Source: Perna viridis (lineage: Eukaryota). Taken from it: a stretch of 64,000 nucleotides of DNA. The notes below the pieces were generated by a model. That model saw nothing but the letters and a program-made list of their open reading frames with translations, was not told where the DNA came from and made no database searches. Location of the stretch: the NCBI GenBank assembly GCA_037379345.1, contig CM074514.1:30070001-30134000 (forward strand), given 5' to 3'. The position numbers and the translations under genes were made by a program. Shown piece after piece: positions 24,501 to 39,500 of the stretch. Position 1 is the first letter of the stretch. Every line of letters starts with the position of its first letter.

Positions 24501-27500
24501 AGAAACAGCCATTTTCTGTATGTCTGCACAATAACTTGAGTAAAATTGGTGGATCTATTTGAAATTGTATTGCAAGGTGCTATATTACAAAAGGAAAACT
24601 TGGATAGATTTTAAAGGTTGTGACTTAAGCCTAGTAAGAATAAGGGGCCAGATCAAAGGGTTGTTGTGTGACAACTTAAATTTACTGCTTTTAAAAGTGG
24701 TGAATTCAGAGGGGATGTATGCCCCTAAAATATTTATTTTAGCATGAAATCTTGATTTTGTACAAATAGTTGCCTAAAGTTTATTTTAACTAGCTTCACT
24801 TGTTATTTAATTCTATGTACAGGCCTGAACCTGAAATCCAGAAATAATGAATCCTTGCCTGCTTCATTTAATCTAAGTTTACGCTCCTTCAAAGATTGAT
24901 AAATAAGTTATCGTTAATTAAAATTACTCCCCTATATGTAATACAGAAAATAATAATCAAGCGAAAAGGTACAATCACTGTTATTTATTTAAATAAATAT
25001 TAATAACTCTGAAAATACATAGAACATACAATGTATTGAATGTTTACTTTTATATCTTTTCTACCTACACTTTAAAGTGTAAACAATGTCACCCAAATCA
25101 GTTCGCACTCTAGGGTTAGTTCTTGTATTTTGTCTGTTTTTATTTTTGAACACTGTTTCTTTAGCTTCTGTTTAACATTTGTGTCTGTTTTGAAATTTAA
25201 ACAACTTTGTGTCTTTTTCATTGGATTTTTTGTCCATTTTTAGTCCCCCCCCAGGCTGTAGGCCATGTAAACTATTGCTATCCCTTTGCATTAGCCATCG
25301 TCATCTGTTGTCATTTACTATTTTCAAACATCTTCTTTTCTAAAAAATTACTGCATGGACTTTGATGATACTTAGCAAGATTGGTCCTTAGGTTAACTTG
25401 CACAAACTTAGTGTTTTTGATTTTGATCTGTCGAAATACATGGTCGCTGTTACTAAAAAATAGAGCATAGGGGTCAGACAGCAGTTTTTCACATATATGT
25501 CCAAAACCTTTAAGATTAAAAAAAAATTCACATTGGTAAAAGTGTTCAGCATGATGCGTTATGTCTGTGGGCAAATTTTGGTGAAACATTAACCCATGTA
25601 GGAGTTGTTGTCTTTTTTGGATGTTTTTGCTGTTTTTGATGCTATATCTTGAAAAAATCTTCACCACAGAAAACACTGTACAGACTTAAATGAAAGTTCA
25701 GTAAGAACAGACCCATGTTGGAGTTATTGCTTTCCTGGACGTTTTTTTTTTTTGTTGCTTTTTTTATGTTTTGACTATAAAGAATCTTCTCCTCTGAAAC
25801 TACTGTACAGAATTCGATGAAAGTTGATATGATTGTTCCTTATGGTACTAAATGACCATTGGGAATTTTTATCCATGAAAAAAATGGCTACTTTTACAAG
25901 AAATTGAAGGTAGCTTATCAAACCAGGTGAGTGATTCAGGCTCTCTAGCCTCAATTTTGTTTTTACCTCTGATTTTGATCTATTAGAAACATCTGTTGTA
26001 AAAAATTATGTCTGATTCTGTTTTTTTATTTTAAAGTCTATTTTAAAATTTTGTCTGTGTATGCTTTTTACGTCTGTTTTTGATTTTTGCATTTATTTAG
26101 CTCACCTAGCTGAAGGCCATGTGAGCTTTTGCCATCACTTGGCATCCATCATTGTCATCTGGCATTGTCTGTCGTCGTCATTAACAATTTTTCAAAACTC
26201 TTCTCTTCTGACACTACTTGACCAATTTGAACCAAACTTGTTATGAATGTTCCTTGGGTATCCTGCATAGAACTGATTTTGGGGATTTTTGATCTGTTAA
26301 AAAACATGGCCGCCGTTACTAAAAAAAAGAACATAAGGGTCAGACAGTAGTTTTTCGCAATCTCCACAACCATTAGGTTTAACCAAATTCTGACAGAGAA
26401 TAAAGTGTTCAGCATGATGAAATCTATCTGTGGTTAAATTTTCATTTTAATCTGTTGAGCCATGTTGGAGTTTTTTTTTGACATTTTTTTGCTATTTTGA
26501 ATGTTATTTCTTTTAAAAATCTTCTCCTCTGACACTACTTGACAAATTGAAATTAAACCTAGTATGAATGTTCCTAGGGGTATCCTGCATAGAACTGATG
26601 TGGGGATTTTTGATCTGCCATTTTTTTGCCACCATTTCTAAAAATAGAACATAGGGATTAGACAGTAGTTTATTGCATATATCTACAAAATTGTTAGGTT
26701 TAGTCAAACTTTCATTTGCTGAAATGATCCTTACTTTTAGGACTACAGAAGTCTTCAGGGATCAAAGTTGTCAGATGACTCTTTGTAAGAGTTACTGCCC
26801 TTGAAAGGGGAAAAATGACAGGTTTTATTTTTTTCATATACAATTTTCAGCCAATATCTTGAAAACTACGATAAAGAAAGTATTGACAACATTTGTCCTG
26901 TTTGTACTTTGTAGCTACCTCCAATTACAGCCACTGATAAAGACTATGGTGTAAATGGTACTGAAGGAATTCAGTATTCTTTAGTAGGATCAGATTTTCA
27001 GTTTCGGATAGATAAAAACACAGGGGAAGTGCTTACCAATGCCTCGGATCTAGATAGGGAATCCAAATCAGAGTATTATATGCAGGTAAAAAATAAGTTA
27101 CCTTTTGTATTTGCAATTTTATTTTGTACTAAAGAATCACTCAAACTCAACTCAGTTGAGTGATTCTTTGAAAAATGGCCCTAATGGCAAGTATCAACTT
27201 CGATTAAACTGGTTTGAAAAATTCCCAACAGGAAGTACAAAATTGAAATAGCATTGGGCTTCAAGTTGAAAAAAAATGTCAGATAAAAATTTCATTTAAT
27301 GAATAATTCTTTCTACAGGCCTCCTCTTCCTCTCATAGGTAGAGCTAATAGAAGATCCCTATTCTGTAAAAGGTGCTGATTTTTTGAATGAACAAAAGTG
27401 ACTAAAGGTTTAAGACTCCAGTCTAAAGCCCTATAATAATCTTGCCAAACCAACTATAGAATCATGTAATCATCTATCAAACATAATGTAGAATCCTGTA

Positions 27501-30500
27501 ATCATCTTACCAAACCAACTGTAGAATCCTGTAATCATCTATCAGGCATACTGTAGAATCATGTAATCATCTTACCAAACCAACTGTAGAATCCTGTAAT
27601 CATCTATCAAACGTATTGTAGAATCCTGTAATCATCTATCAGGCATACTGTAGAATCCTGTAATCATCTATCAGGCATACTGTAGAATCCTGTAATCATC
27701 TTACCAAACCAACTATAGAATCCTTTAATCATCTTATAAAACCAACTATAGGGTCCTGTAATCTTCTCACCAAAACTGACTATAGAGTCTTGTAGTCAAC
27801 TAAGCAAAATCAAGTAAAAAGTCTTGTATTCATCTCACCAAAACTTAATATACAATCATGTAATGGACTTACCAAATCAACTATAGCATCCTGTAATCTT
27901 CTCACCAAAACTGTCTATAGAGTCCTGTAGTCATCTAACCAAAACCAAGTATATAGTTCTGTACCAGAAATTACTGTAGAGTAGAGAAGAGCTACCTATA
28001 TATATTATACTACTAAGGGGTTTTTTAACGTCCTTGACTAACCTGTCGGGACTTGCACAGACGGAGTATATATTATACACATTTACACCGATATATATTA
28101 TACACATTTACACAGATTTATATTACACATATCTACATTGGTATATATTATCCATATTTACACCGATTTATATTACACATATCTACATTGGTATATATTA
28201 TACATATTTACACCAATATATTTTATACATATTTACACCGATATATATTATACACATTTACACCGATTTATATTACACATATCTACATTGGTATATATTA
28301 TACACATTTACATCGATATATATTATACATATTTACACTGATATATATTATACACATTTACACCGTTTTATATTACACATATCTACATTGGTATATATTA
28401 TACATATTTACAGGTAAAAGCAGCAGACAGGAATGGCACTGGACTTTCTGCTGTTGTCAGTCTAACAATTTCACTGTTAGATGTCAATGATAAAGCACCT
28501 CAATTCAATGAAAACAACTATACCTTCTCTATCAGTGAATCAGCTGGTTCAGGTCAAAAGGTTGGTGTTGTTACGACAACAGATGATGACATCAATGGCA
28601 ACTTGACAAACAGATACAGAATTTCATCAGGTTCAGATGGAAAGTTCTATATAGATATTTTGTCAGGTATACATCAATTAAACTACACTATTTTATTATA
28701 TCACTATGTCATTTATATCTATACATATGAAACCCTATTACTGAGTATCAATTCTCATTGCTTTTTGAAATACAACATGTATCTGCTATTTGAGTTGTTG
28801 TATTAAAGCATAGTTTTATTGAAATTGATTGAGATTTGTTTATCCAGACATCTCTTGTATGCACAACATATCTCAAACAATTGAACATATGTTAATGAAA
28901 CTTTATAGAAAAGATAGGCTTCATTTCAGAAGACCAGTATTACTGAGATGTCAGTAAGGGGAGATAATCCAACTTTAGGGTTTACGAACATACATGTATT
29001 CAGATTTCAAATTGGTAACTCTTTCTAGTAAGTGTTGTAAGTAATAAATCCTCAGAAATATTAAATATTATATTTTTAACCTTGGTGTAACCTACACAAG
29101 TTGATGCCACCATTATTAGAGGCAGAGCCACAGCTATATCTCATATATGTAGATGCTCTGAAACATAAATGGTTCATAATCATTCTGTTGAAGTGATATA
29201 ATTTAGAATGATGTGTGCTGTTAGGAAGAGACTTTTAACCCAGACACACAGCGTGCGTTATAGGAAGCCTAGCAATATATTCCTGTTTGTTGAGACATCG
29301 GCAATATAACAATATAGTAGTGAATTATCAACAAAGTCAAGTACTCTTTGAGTACAAATAGATCTATCTCTCATAGGTAAAGTCTAAAATCATAACAATT
29401 AAGTTTTTGTTGCGTAGTGATACATTGTATTTTGAATTGTTAATTAAATTTGTTACCAGTAATTAAATTATTTTTGATATCTAAGTTTCTTTTTATCATA
29501 CGGTGACCATTGGAACATTCAATCACATTATTGTTGTTGACATATTGAAGGTGAGATATACACATCTGGTAACTTGGATAGAGAAGAGAAACCAGAATAC
29601 CAGTTAAATGTTGAAGCATTTGATGGCCAACAGAAAACAAACACTACTGTTCACATCATACTGCAGGACTCTAATGATAACTGTCCAGTGTTCCAGGGAA
29701 CCAGGCTTGTTAAGGTACCAGAAGATACCATCAATAACACAGTTATCTACAACCTGACTGCTACTGATGAAGATTGGGGAAAGAATGGGCTGGTGTCTTT
29801 CTACATGAATGATTCAGGTACTACAACACAGCTTTATAAGCATTGTTTTTCAATATATACCCAGTATATATTTGTTTTTCAACGAACTGCTGTACCCTTT
29901 AGCTTTTTTTTAAAGAACATTAAATACAGGTCAAGTTTGGACACTGCCTTGAATTGATGGGGGATTTTTTATCTGTGGACACCCATGACCACTGTACTAA
30001 GAGTGGAACATAGGGGTCAGGCAGCAGTTTTTTGCATCTTCTAGGCAGTAAGGTAAGGCCAAGTTCCTTCCGGTGGGTTGGGGTGTTAGGCATGATGGGG
30101 TCTGTTTATGGTCAGGTTTTTGCGGGGGTCTGTTGGAGTTGTTGCCCTTTCGGATGTGTTTTTGCTGTTTTGATGTTACTTTCATTAATCTTCTCCTCTG
30201 ACCTTACTGGACAAATTAGAACCAAACTTTGTATGAATGTTAAAAAAAAAACAGCAACAAAGCTTGGTCACCATGTACTAGAATTTTGTATTTGCTTATT
30301 AGGAGTTATACCCCTTATCTACTTCAACCTTTGAATGCTGACTGTCTGTGTTTAACAGATCAACACTTTCTGATTTAAGGAGGTAGACCTAGGGTAAGGG
30401 ACATAAGTCTTGAAATCAGTGATATGTTTGTATCATATTCAATTTCACCAAAGCCTATCAAGCTTTCATTTGAACCAGAATGAAATCAATCCAAGTTACT

Positions 30501-33500
30501 TTGATGCTTACATGAGATTGATGTAAAATGCTGAATACAAGTGTTCCAATAAATTGTATGAGTTGTGTCCCTGACCCTATGTCAACTTCTTTAGATTTAT
30601 GCTTTTATTATGCACCTGCCATTAGGTGTCAGAGACATTAAGTTTTACAGCTGTATGTACATAGTGTACATATAACTTCATCTTGATGAGTTGCTGCTTG
30701 AGTAAGCTTTTGGACTCCTGTCACATAACAATTTCCTATTAACCAGAACAACTTTGTTAATTTAGTTTTTTGGAATTATTAATTTTTGTCCCAAAGATCT
30801 CCTTTGAAATGATTTAAATTGAATGAAAATTTAATTTTTGGTTAAGTGTTCATCATTCACTTTCTGAATTCTTATGAATGCTATGGGTATCAATGTCCTG
30901 TGGACAGATGTCTTGTAGTTTGTTTGTCATTAAATTAATTTTGAAATGTGTGATGTGAAATTTCATCAGTTTTTAGTTCATAATACAAAACAGAAATAAG
31001 TCATGATTTCTTTCATTTGTATATGTTCACTAAGGCAATTTTTTTCATCTGACATTTATACCTTGCAGGGAGAACACCAAGTAAAATAAAAATTAGCCTC
31101 CCAAGAGGCAAAATTATGTGGGCTAGGTACATATTAGACCATATAATCCACCAGATTTTCAAGCTTGATATAAATACTTTTTTTCTCATCATTAACCGTG
31201 ATGAAAGTGTATGCTCTGTTAATTGCGATATGAATGAGTCGCTGGAATAGGTCACTATTAAGTACTTCCAATTATATAATAGTTCTAGGGAAATCAGATT
31301 ATTTATATATGATAAGGCTGAATTATAAAGATGGAAATAAAGTCCAGAATGTAACAATTAATCAAGTAAATATTTAAACAAGCATCAACTAGTCTATGTG
31401 ATTATCGGTGAATTTTTTGTCTGACGAAGTACATATGTATTCATTTTGATGATCATTGTGAGTATCTAGATTTGGCAGCTGCTTACTCCTATCTGAAACT
31501 ATATGGAGTGCCCTCCCCAAGCAGTTTTTCAAAGAAATTTTGTCATTTATGTAAAAAAAAATGTTTAAATGCTTTTAAAATTGATTTTTAATTGATTTCA
31601 TTTATCTTTTACAGTTCCATTTATGATTAATGACAATAGTTTTGTATTAAATGGAGAACTGGACAGAGAAAAACAAAATTTTTATTCCTTCTCTGTGTAT
31701 GCTGTGGATCATGGAAATCCACCATGTTTCACAGAAACCACCTTTGGTGTTGCTGTAGAGGATATGAATGACAATTACCCAGAATTCTTCAATGCAGATG
31801 GTGATCAGATATCAAATGCCATAGCAACCATCATTGAAAAATCTCCCATTGGAACCCCTATTTTCTTACCAAGTGTCAAGGACATTGACTCAGGAGAAAA
31901 TTCAGAGGTCAAATTTGAATTTTTGAACTTGGCACCTGATCTTAAAAATTATTTTAGAATTGATCCTAAGACAGGTGTTGTAACTATTAATGCTCAAGTA
32001 GACTTGAACTCGTTAAACAGACTTAATATCTTGGAGAAGAATGCCACCCAGACAGCAGAGTTAAAACTAGAAATCAGTGCTATGGATGGTGGTTTCCCTT
32101 CAAGAAATACTACCCTAGATCTGGTTGTTTTTGTAGAAGGCATTAATGACCAGGCTCCTGTGTTTCTCAAACCAGTATATGATATTATCATAGCTGAGAA
32201 TATTCCAGTTGGTAAGTTGTAAAGGCTAAGTGCAAGTCTTTGTAAGAATCATGCAAAAATGGAGAAAATCTTCTGACAATATAACTTCACTCTAAAAAGT
32301 CTTCTTTGAAATCATCACTTCAATAGATATGTTTGAAAATTTTCATGAGAATTTTAGAAAATTTAGTTTTTGAATGTAAATTTGCATTGCATTTCAATGA
32401 AATTATAACTCATTTTACCAACATGAAAAGGAAAATTTAGTCTTTATATCTTGATTCAAATTTCTATGCTGTCAAAAATAAGAGACTGACATATATTTTC
32501 TTTTTATGAGTGAATGGCTTTTGGGTAATAACTCAACTGATCTAGTATACTCTGGATAGGGTACAGTTTTCATTGTTTTAATGGTTTTGTCAAAATCCCC
32601 ACTAGAAAAAATCCAAAAGATATTTAAGATTCTCATTAAAATCCTAGAGGTTGTAGATCATTTGACAGATTGAAAACTTCATAAACAAAAGAAACTTTGG
32701 CAAACCACAAAAATTGATATCTGGAAAATAAGTATATATGTATTAATTTATACATGTATGTGAAACTAACCTTGATAGGGATGGTACTTGATGGGAAATG
32801 TCCCAGGCACCAACCATTTTATTACAGTTAGGTGATCTTGGATTTGTTTAAAGAAAAAATAGTTATAAGTCTGAAATTGAAAAAAACATTGAAATTTTGA
32901 TTTAAAAAAAAAAACAAACAAAGAAACAAGCAAAATATTATTTTACATAGTCCTCCTCAAAGGAAAGTGGTCTCCCTTTACCAATTTCTGTTAAAACAAA
33001 TCCTATCCAAGATTTTTTGCTACTAACCATTCACCAAAGTTTGAATGTAATTAATCAAAAGATGGATGTGGTACCCAAGTGACAACATGCTGTGTGCACA
33101 AATCTATATTTAAGTAATTTCCCCTCCCGAAAAAAAGTGGTCTCCCTCCACAGATGTCTCTAAAAATCAATCCCATGTAAACTTTTACTATTACTATCAA
33201 ATTCCCAAAGTTTCATGGAAATGTAAGTGCTATCCAGGTTAAAATATGCTGTGACACAAAGACAGAATGAAGGATTGACAAATGGACATGACATTTTATG
33301 AGCAATATGTTGGTGTTTATTGAAAGCAGTGGATGCTTACCTTACCATTGCACCTGCTCAATGTGTCCAGTTTTTAGTAGAGTCAGAGTTGCTAATTTAC
33401 TTCTGTTTCATTTCATGGGTTATTTTGGTTGTTTTATGTTCTTTATGTGTGCGTGTCTGTTTTCCCTGTCTTGTTTTTATCCTTGGAATATATTCTTTTG

Positions 33501-36500
33501 ATTTCTACTCAAGTCTTGGTGCTGTTGATTGCTCTATTGAATATATATATACCCTGGCAACTTTGTTGAATGGGGTAAGAAAATAGAATTTTCTTTCCGA
33601 AGACCAGAAAATTTATATACAAACAAGCAAAAAAAATTGCAGACCTTCTCAGAAATAAAGTGGATGGTGCCTTCTTTTGTTATGTTTCTTTCCCAAACAG
33701 TGGTCGAGGTTTAATAATTAAGTAAATTTGATCTCATTTGACAGGTTCCTTTATAGAAACTGTTGAAGCTATTGTACAGAATGGAACTAATTACAAATTA
33801 ACATATTCACTCATACATGGTACTAACTCACAGAAGTACTTCAATGTAGCCCAGGTTTCAGTAAGTACACAGGAACTAAGTTACTCTATAGAATAATAAA
33901 CAAAGGTTATTCATTCTGCAAAAATTGTAAGTTTAGATTTATTTTTAGATTCACACAGAAATTATTATCACCTTGGTGATCTCAATGGTAGCTTGCTCGC
34001 CCTTTGTGCCAGAGGTCAAGGGATTTGGTCCCAAGATGAATCTTACCAGACTTTAAAATTGGCAGTCATCACTTCTTTGCTAAGCTAGCAGCATATTTGA
34101 GATGAGTGATGACTGTTTAAATTAGAGTGCTACCACAAATTTCAGATATTTTGGTTTTGGGTTATTTTGACAGTTTTCTGTAAAATGTGCATCTTTAATT
34201 TTGGTGCATTCAGAATGATGAATGTTTTTTATTTGTGTGATATCTTCATGGTGGTATCAAACTATCATGTATTATCCTAAAAAGAATCTTAACACTTCCA
34301 GTATCAAAATCATGACTACGCTTTACCTGGGTAAAACAAAGGGTCAGTTTAATTGCTATGCAGACAAATATTACAATATTCATCTTGTTTTCGTCCACAC
34401 CTTCAAATACACCAATATATACTGGCTGCCTCAATTTTCAAAAATGTTATATTTTGGTCTGTTTAATTTTGGCACTTCAAGGAGTGACTCTTCAGTAGCA
34501 TAAGAACCAAGTACATAGGAAGTTGAAGATTGACAAGTAAATTGTTCTAGGCCTGGTTAATACCCTTGAGGTCCACCAGCATTGGCTTAATACCAGTGAT
34601 TTGTAAATTAAAATAAGACTTCAGATTGTTCCATTTCTCATTACTAGGGTAATATAACTACATCTTCAGTCATTGACAGAGAGGTCACTCCAAGTTTTCA
34701 CTTTGCTGTACAAGTAACAGATGGAAAGATTCCAGAGAGAACAGCTTATACTGTTGTAAGTGTTGCCAATAATATCATAGTACACAATAAATTGTTTAGT
34801 AACTAGACAATTAATGTGGAGGTAAAGTGTATTACGGCTTTCTTTTTTACTTTGTCAAATGTTATTATCAACTCAAAAGAAGGGCCCTTTACTGTGGGTG
34901 TTTGTCTGTCTGTTCTACAATAAATTTTCTCAGTTTTAGGAAACTTTTTGCTGGGTAAAATAGTTTGAAAAGATTTTTTTGTGGTGATAAACAAAAAAAT
35001 TGTTGAAATAATGGCAAATAAGTCAGCCTTTCATGATATTTTATATAATGATCATAATTTCTGTTTCTCCATTCTTCCATCACATAATTTAAACTCCCTA
35101 CACTCTTGATATGTTTTTATGAAACTTTTGGAAGTTTTTATCAAGAAAAGACATATGAATTTGGTGTTTTCACATTAGCACAACTTCGACTTTGCCATAG
35201 ATACATACTTTGCTTTTTCTACAGGTGCTAGGCACTGTTTCACAAAGCTCATGTAAGATTATGTGAACATAAGTCTCATTGGTTTGTTAAGATTTATGTG
35301 TCTTCGATTGCTTTGTGAAATGATGCCCTGGAGGTATTCTTTTATACTGTATACTTATAGATATATTTGTTATTTCTTTGATTTTGATAGTGAGAAAAAG
35401 TTTACATTGATATCCATCTCTATATTACTGCTTATAAATTCTACAATGATACTATTTTCTATACTCAAATAACCCTTTGATTAACTTTTTATGAATACTT
35501 CTTTATTTTAAAGGTCAGTATTACAGTAACTGACCAGAATGACAATGCTCCTGATATTGAACAGAGCAGTTACGAGTATGTTGTTGAGGAGAATGTGGTG
35601 TCCCCTGGTGTAGAGATCATAGCTACTGACAAGGACAGTGGACAGAATGGGAATGTGTCATATCAATTACTCCACAATCCTGGTAAACTTTCCATATTTT
35701 CATGATTATTTTTATTCTTGCAGTTGCCCAGGGAAGTCCTTTTTATTAAAACTTAAATGATAGCTGTATGGGAAGATATAAACATGTGTTTTGTTTTATG
35801 AATGTCTATAGATTGCTGTGTAAAGTATGTTCTACTTGATTGTACTTTTTATTTTAAGTATTACATACTACCTTTATACTATAGAGTTATAAAATGTGTT
35901 TTTTCATATTGGTCCTGTATTATATCCAAGGACAGTTGTATCGGGCCAAGGATAGCTGTATTGGATGAGGCAACACAGAGGTTCAATACCACTGGTCCAA
36001 GGACATTATACAGGACCAATATGAAAAAAAACATTCTATGACACCTTTATTATCCAGTTGTGTAAAATAAGAAATTCATTACTGTAAGGATTTCTCTGTA
36101 TGAATGTTGTAGTTCAGTATTTAGTTGGAACATTGTGTCATGAACATTTATTCCATATCTAAGTGTTTTGCTGGAACATTGTGTCATGGACATTTATTCC
36201 ATATCTAAGCGTTTTGCTGGATCATTGTGTCATGGACATTTATTCCATATCTAAGTGTTTTGCTGGAACATTGTGTCATGAACATTTATTCCATATCTAA
36301 GCATTTTGTTGGAACATTGTGTCATGGACATTTATTCCATATCTAAGTGTTTTGCTGGAACATTATGTCATGGACATTTATATCATGTCTAAGTGTTTTG
36401 CCGGATCATTGTGTCATGGACATTTCTTCCATATCTAAGCATTTTGCTGGAACATTGTGTCATGGACATATATTCCATATCTAAGTGTTTTGCTGGATCG

Positions 36501-39500
36501 TTGTGTCATGGACATTTATTCCATATCTAAGTGTTTTGTTGGAACATTCTGTCATGGACATTTATTCCTTATCTAAGTGTTTTGCTGGATCATTGTGTCA
36601 TGAACATTTATTCCATATCTAAGCGTTTTGCTGGATCATTGTGTCATGGACATTTATATCATATCTAAGTGTTTTGCCGGATCATTGTGTCATGGACATT
36701 TCTTCCATATCTAAGCATTTTGCTGGAACATTGTGTCATGGACATATATTCCATATCTAAGTGTTTTGCTGGATCATTGTGTCATGGACATTTCTTCCAT
36801 ATCTAAGCATTTTGCTGGAACATTGTGTCATGGACATTTATTCCATATCTAAGTGTTTTGCTGGATCATTGTGTCATGAACATTTATTCCATATCTAAGT
36901 GTTTTGCCGGATCATTGTGTCATGGACATTTCTTCCATGTCTAAGCATTTTGCTGGAACATTGTGTCATGGACATATATTCCAAATCTAAGCATTTTGCT
37001 GGAACATTCTGTCATGGACATTTATTCCTTATCTAAGTGTTTTGCTGGATCATTGTGTCATGAACATTTATTCCATATCTAAGCGTTTTGCTGGATCATT
37101 GTGTCATGGACATTTATTCCATATCTAAGTGTTTTGTTGGAACATTTTGTCATGGACATTTATTCCATATCTAAGCGTTTTGCTGGAACATTCTGTCATG
37201 GACATTTATTCCTTATCTAAGTGTTTTGCTGGATCATTGTGTCATGGACATTTATTCCTTATCTAAGCGTTTTGCTGGAACATTCTGTCATGGACATTTA
37301 TTCCTTATCTAAGCGTTTTGCTGGATCATTGTGTCATGCACATTTATTCCATATCTAGGCATTTTGCTGGATCATTGTGTCATGGACATTTATTCCATAT
37401 CTAAGTGTTTTGTTGGAACATTCTGTCATGGACATTTATTCCTTATCTAAGTGTTTTGCTGGATCATTGTGTCATGAACATTTATTCCATATCTAAGCGT
37501 TTTGTTGGATCATTGTGTCATGGACATTTATATCATATCTAAGTGTTTTGCCGGATCATTGTGTCATGGACATTTCTTCCATATCTAAGCATTTTGCTGG
37601 AACATTGTGTCATGGACATATATTCCATATCTAAGTGTTTTGCTGGATCATTGTGTCATGGACATTTCTTCCATATCTAAACATTTTGCCGGAACATTCT
37701 GTCATGGACATTTATTCCATATCTAAGCGTTTTGCTGGAACATTCTGTCATGGACATTTATTCCTTATCTAAGTGTTTTGCTGGATCATTGTGTCATGGA
37801 CATTTATTCCATATCTAAGCGTTTTGCTGGATCATCGTGTCATGGACATTTATTCCATATCTAAGTGTTTTGTTGGAACATTGTGTCATGGACTTTATTC
37901 CATATCTAATTGTTTTGTTGGAACATTGTGTCATGAACATTTATTCCATATCTAAGCGTTTTGCTGGATCATTGTGTCATGGACATTTATTCCATGTCTA
38001 AGTGTTTTGCTGGATCATTGTGTCATGGACATTTATTCCATATCTAATTGTTTTGCTGGATCATTGTGTCATGGTCATTTATTCCATATCTTAGTGTTTT
38101 GTACATATACTACAATATAAACAGAAATACAATGTATACAGAAATTCCTAGGTTGACTTCCTGGGTTTCCCTTTGAAAATGTTTATGCTAAATAGTGAAT
38201 TGATAAGAACTTTCTTTTTGAATAATTTGAAAAAAAATTGGATTGTTTTAATTAAATGTTGAACAAAGTGCTTTAAATCTGTCACAAAAATATCTACTAG
38301 AATATCAAGAAATTATCCCCTTTTTGGAATTTTTTCCTAATTGATTCTCTGGTAGACAAACTGATATATCATACTTTAAAAATTGTGGGTACATATGTAA
38401 TTTCTGACAATTTCACTATTTAAAGCACTGTAAGTGGTAAAGGGAGATAATTCAGAGATGAAATTATTTTTTTTAAAATATAAACTGAGTCACATGTCTT
38501 CACTGTTTTTATAGTCAGTGATTTCATGAAATATTCCTTGACTTTTTCAGACAACCAATTCATACTGAATGCCAGGACAGGGTTACTATCTATAAATAGA
38601 ACATTAGACAGAGAAACAAAACCATACTACAATCTAACAGTAGTGGTATGTTCTATCAACCAAAATTGAAGGTTAAATACTGTATGGCAGGTAGTTTTCA
38701 TGAGGTGCTAATTTTGAAGTAGTTTATGCCAAAATAAATTCTGTGAAATATTAACTCTGGGCTTTAATACTTAGTGCACAACTTATCATTCCCAAAAAAT
38801 TGAAAACACCAAAATTTTTCATGCACTTTTTTGAAAAAAAAAAAAAAAAAAACAACACCAAAATAACCCGCAATATTGAAGATGCAGACTTTGTTGTACA
38901 GCTAGATTATGTACAAGTGCATATTTTATTTTATTTTTTTAATGGGGTGACAAATTTCTTATTTATAATTTTATTATTTTTCATGAAACAAAACGTAAAA
39001 ATATAAATGCTGTTTGAAAAAGTAAAATAAGGACAGTATATGGCTTTTGTTAGACATAAAAGGAGATACTAGTATGTATGTTAACATTGTTTTACTTTGA
39101 ATTTGAACAGGCCTTTGATCATGGTAACCCAGCTAAATCCAGTTCTGTACAAGTTATGGTCACGGTTACAGACCAGAATGATAACGAACCACTATTTACA
39201 GACAATACAATGTCATGTGATGTTACTGAGAATCAACCCCCAAGAACTGTAAGTGATTACAGCTGTCTGTTTGTATGTATGTGATGTGATCTGTATATTG
39301 TCCACATTTTTTAAATATATTTCAAATTTTGATGAGTTCTACTTTTGTAAATGCCAAACATAAAGTAAATTACTGGTAAAATTTGGAATGTTTATCTTAT
39401 GCATGAAGGAACCAAAAGACAACATGAGATATTGTTCTAAACATCACACTGAATACAGTTTGGAGTTTTACAAGCCAGTTTACTCACAAAATGATGATAA

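Noticed and set aside
28034-28490. Y/I/H/T-rich ORFs in three frames
   Set aside because: They result from a stop-poor 25-bp minisatellite; the true exon begins at 28414.
33965-34130. tRNA gene or tRNA-derived SINE
   Set aside because: No cloverleaf and only vague A/B-box remnants; at most a highly decayed SINE.
36127-38101. CRISPR-like regular array
   Set aside because: Units are contiguous with no unique spacers, there are no cas genes, and the context is a eukaryotic intron.
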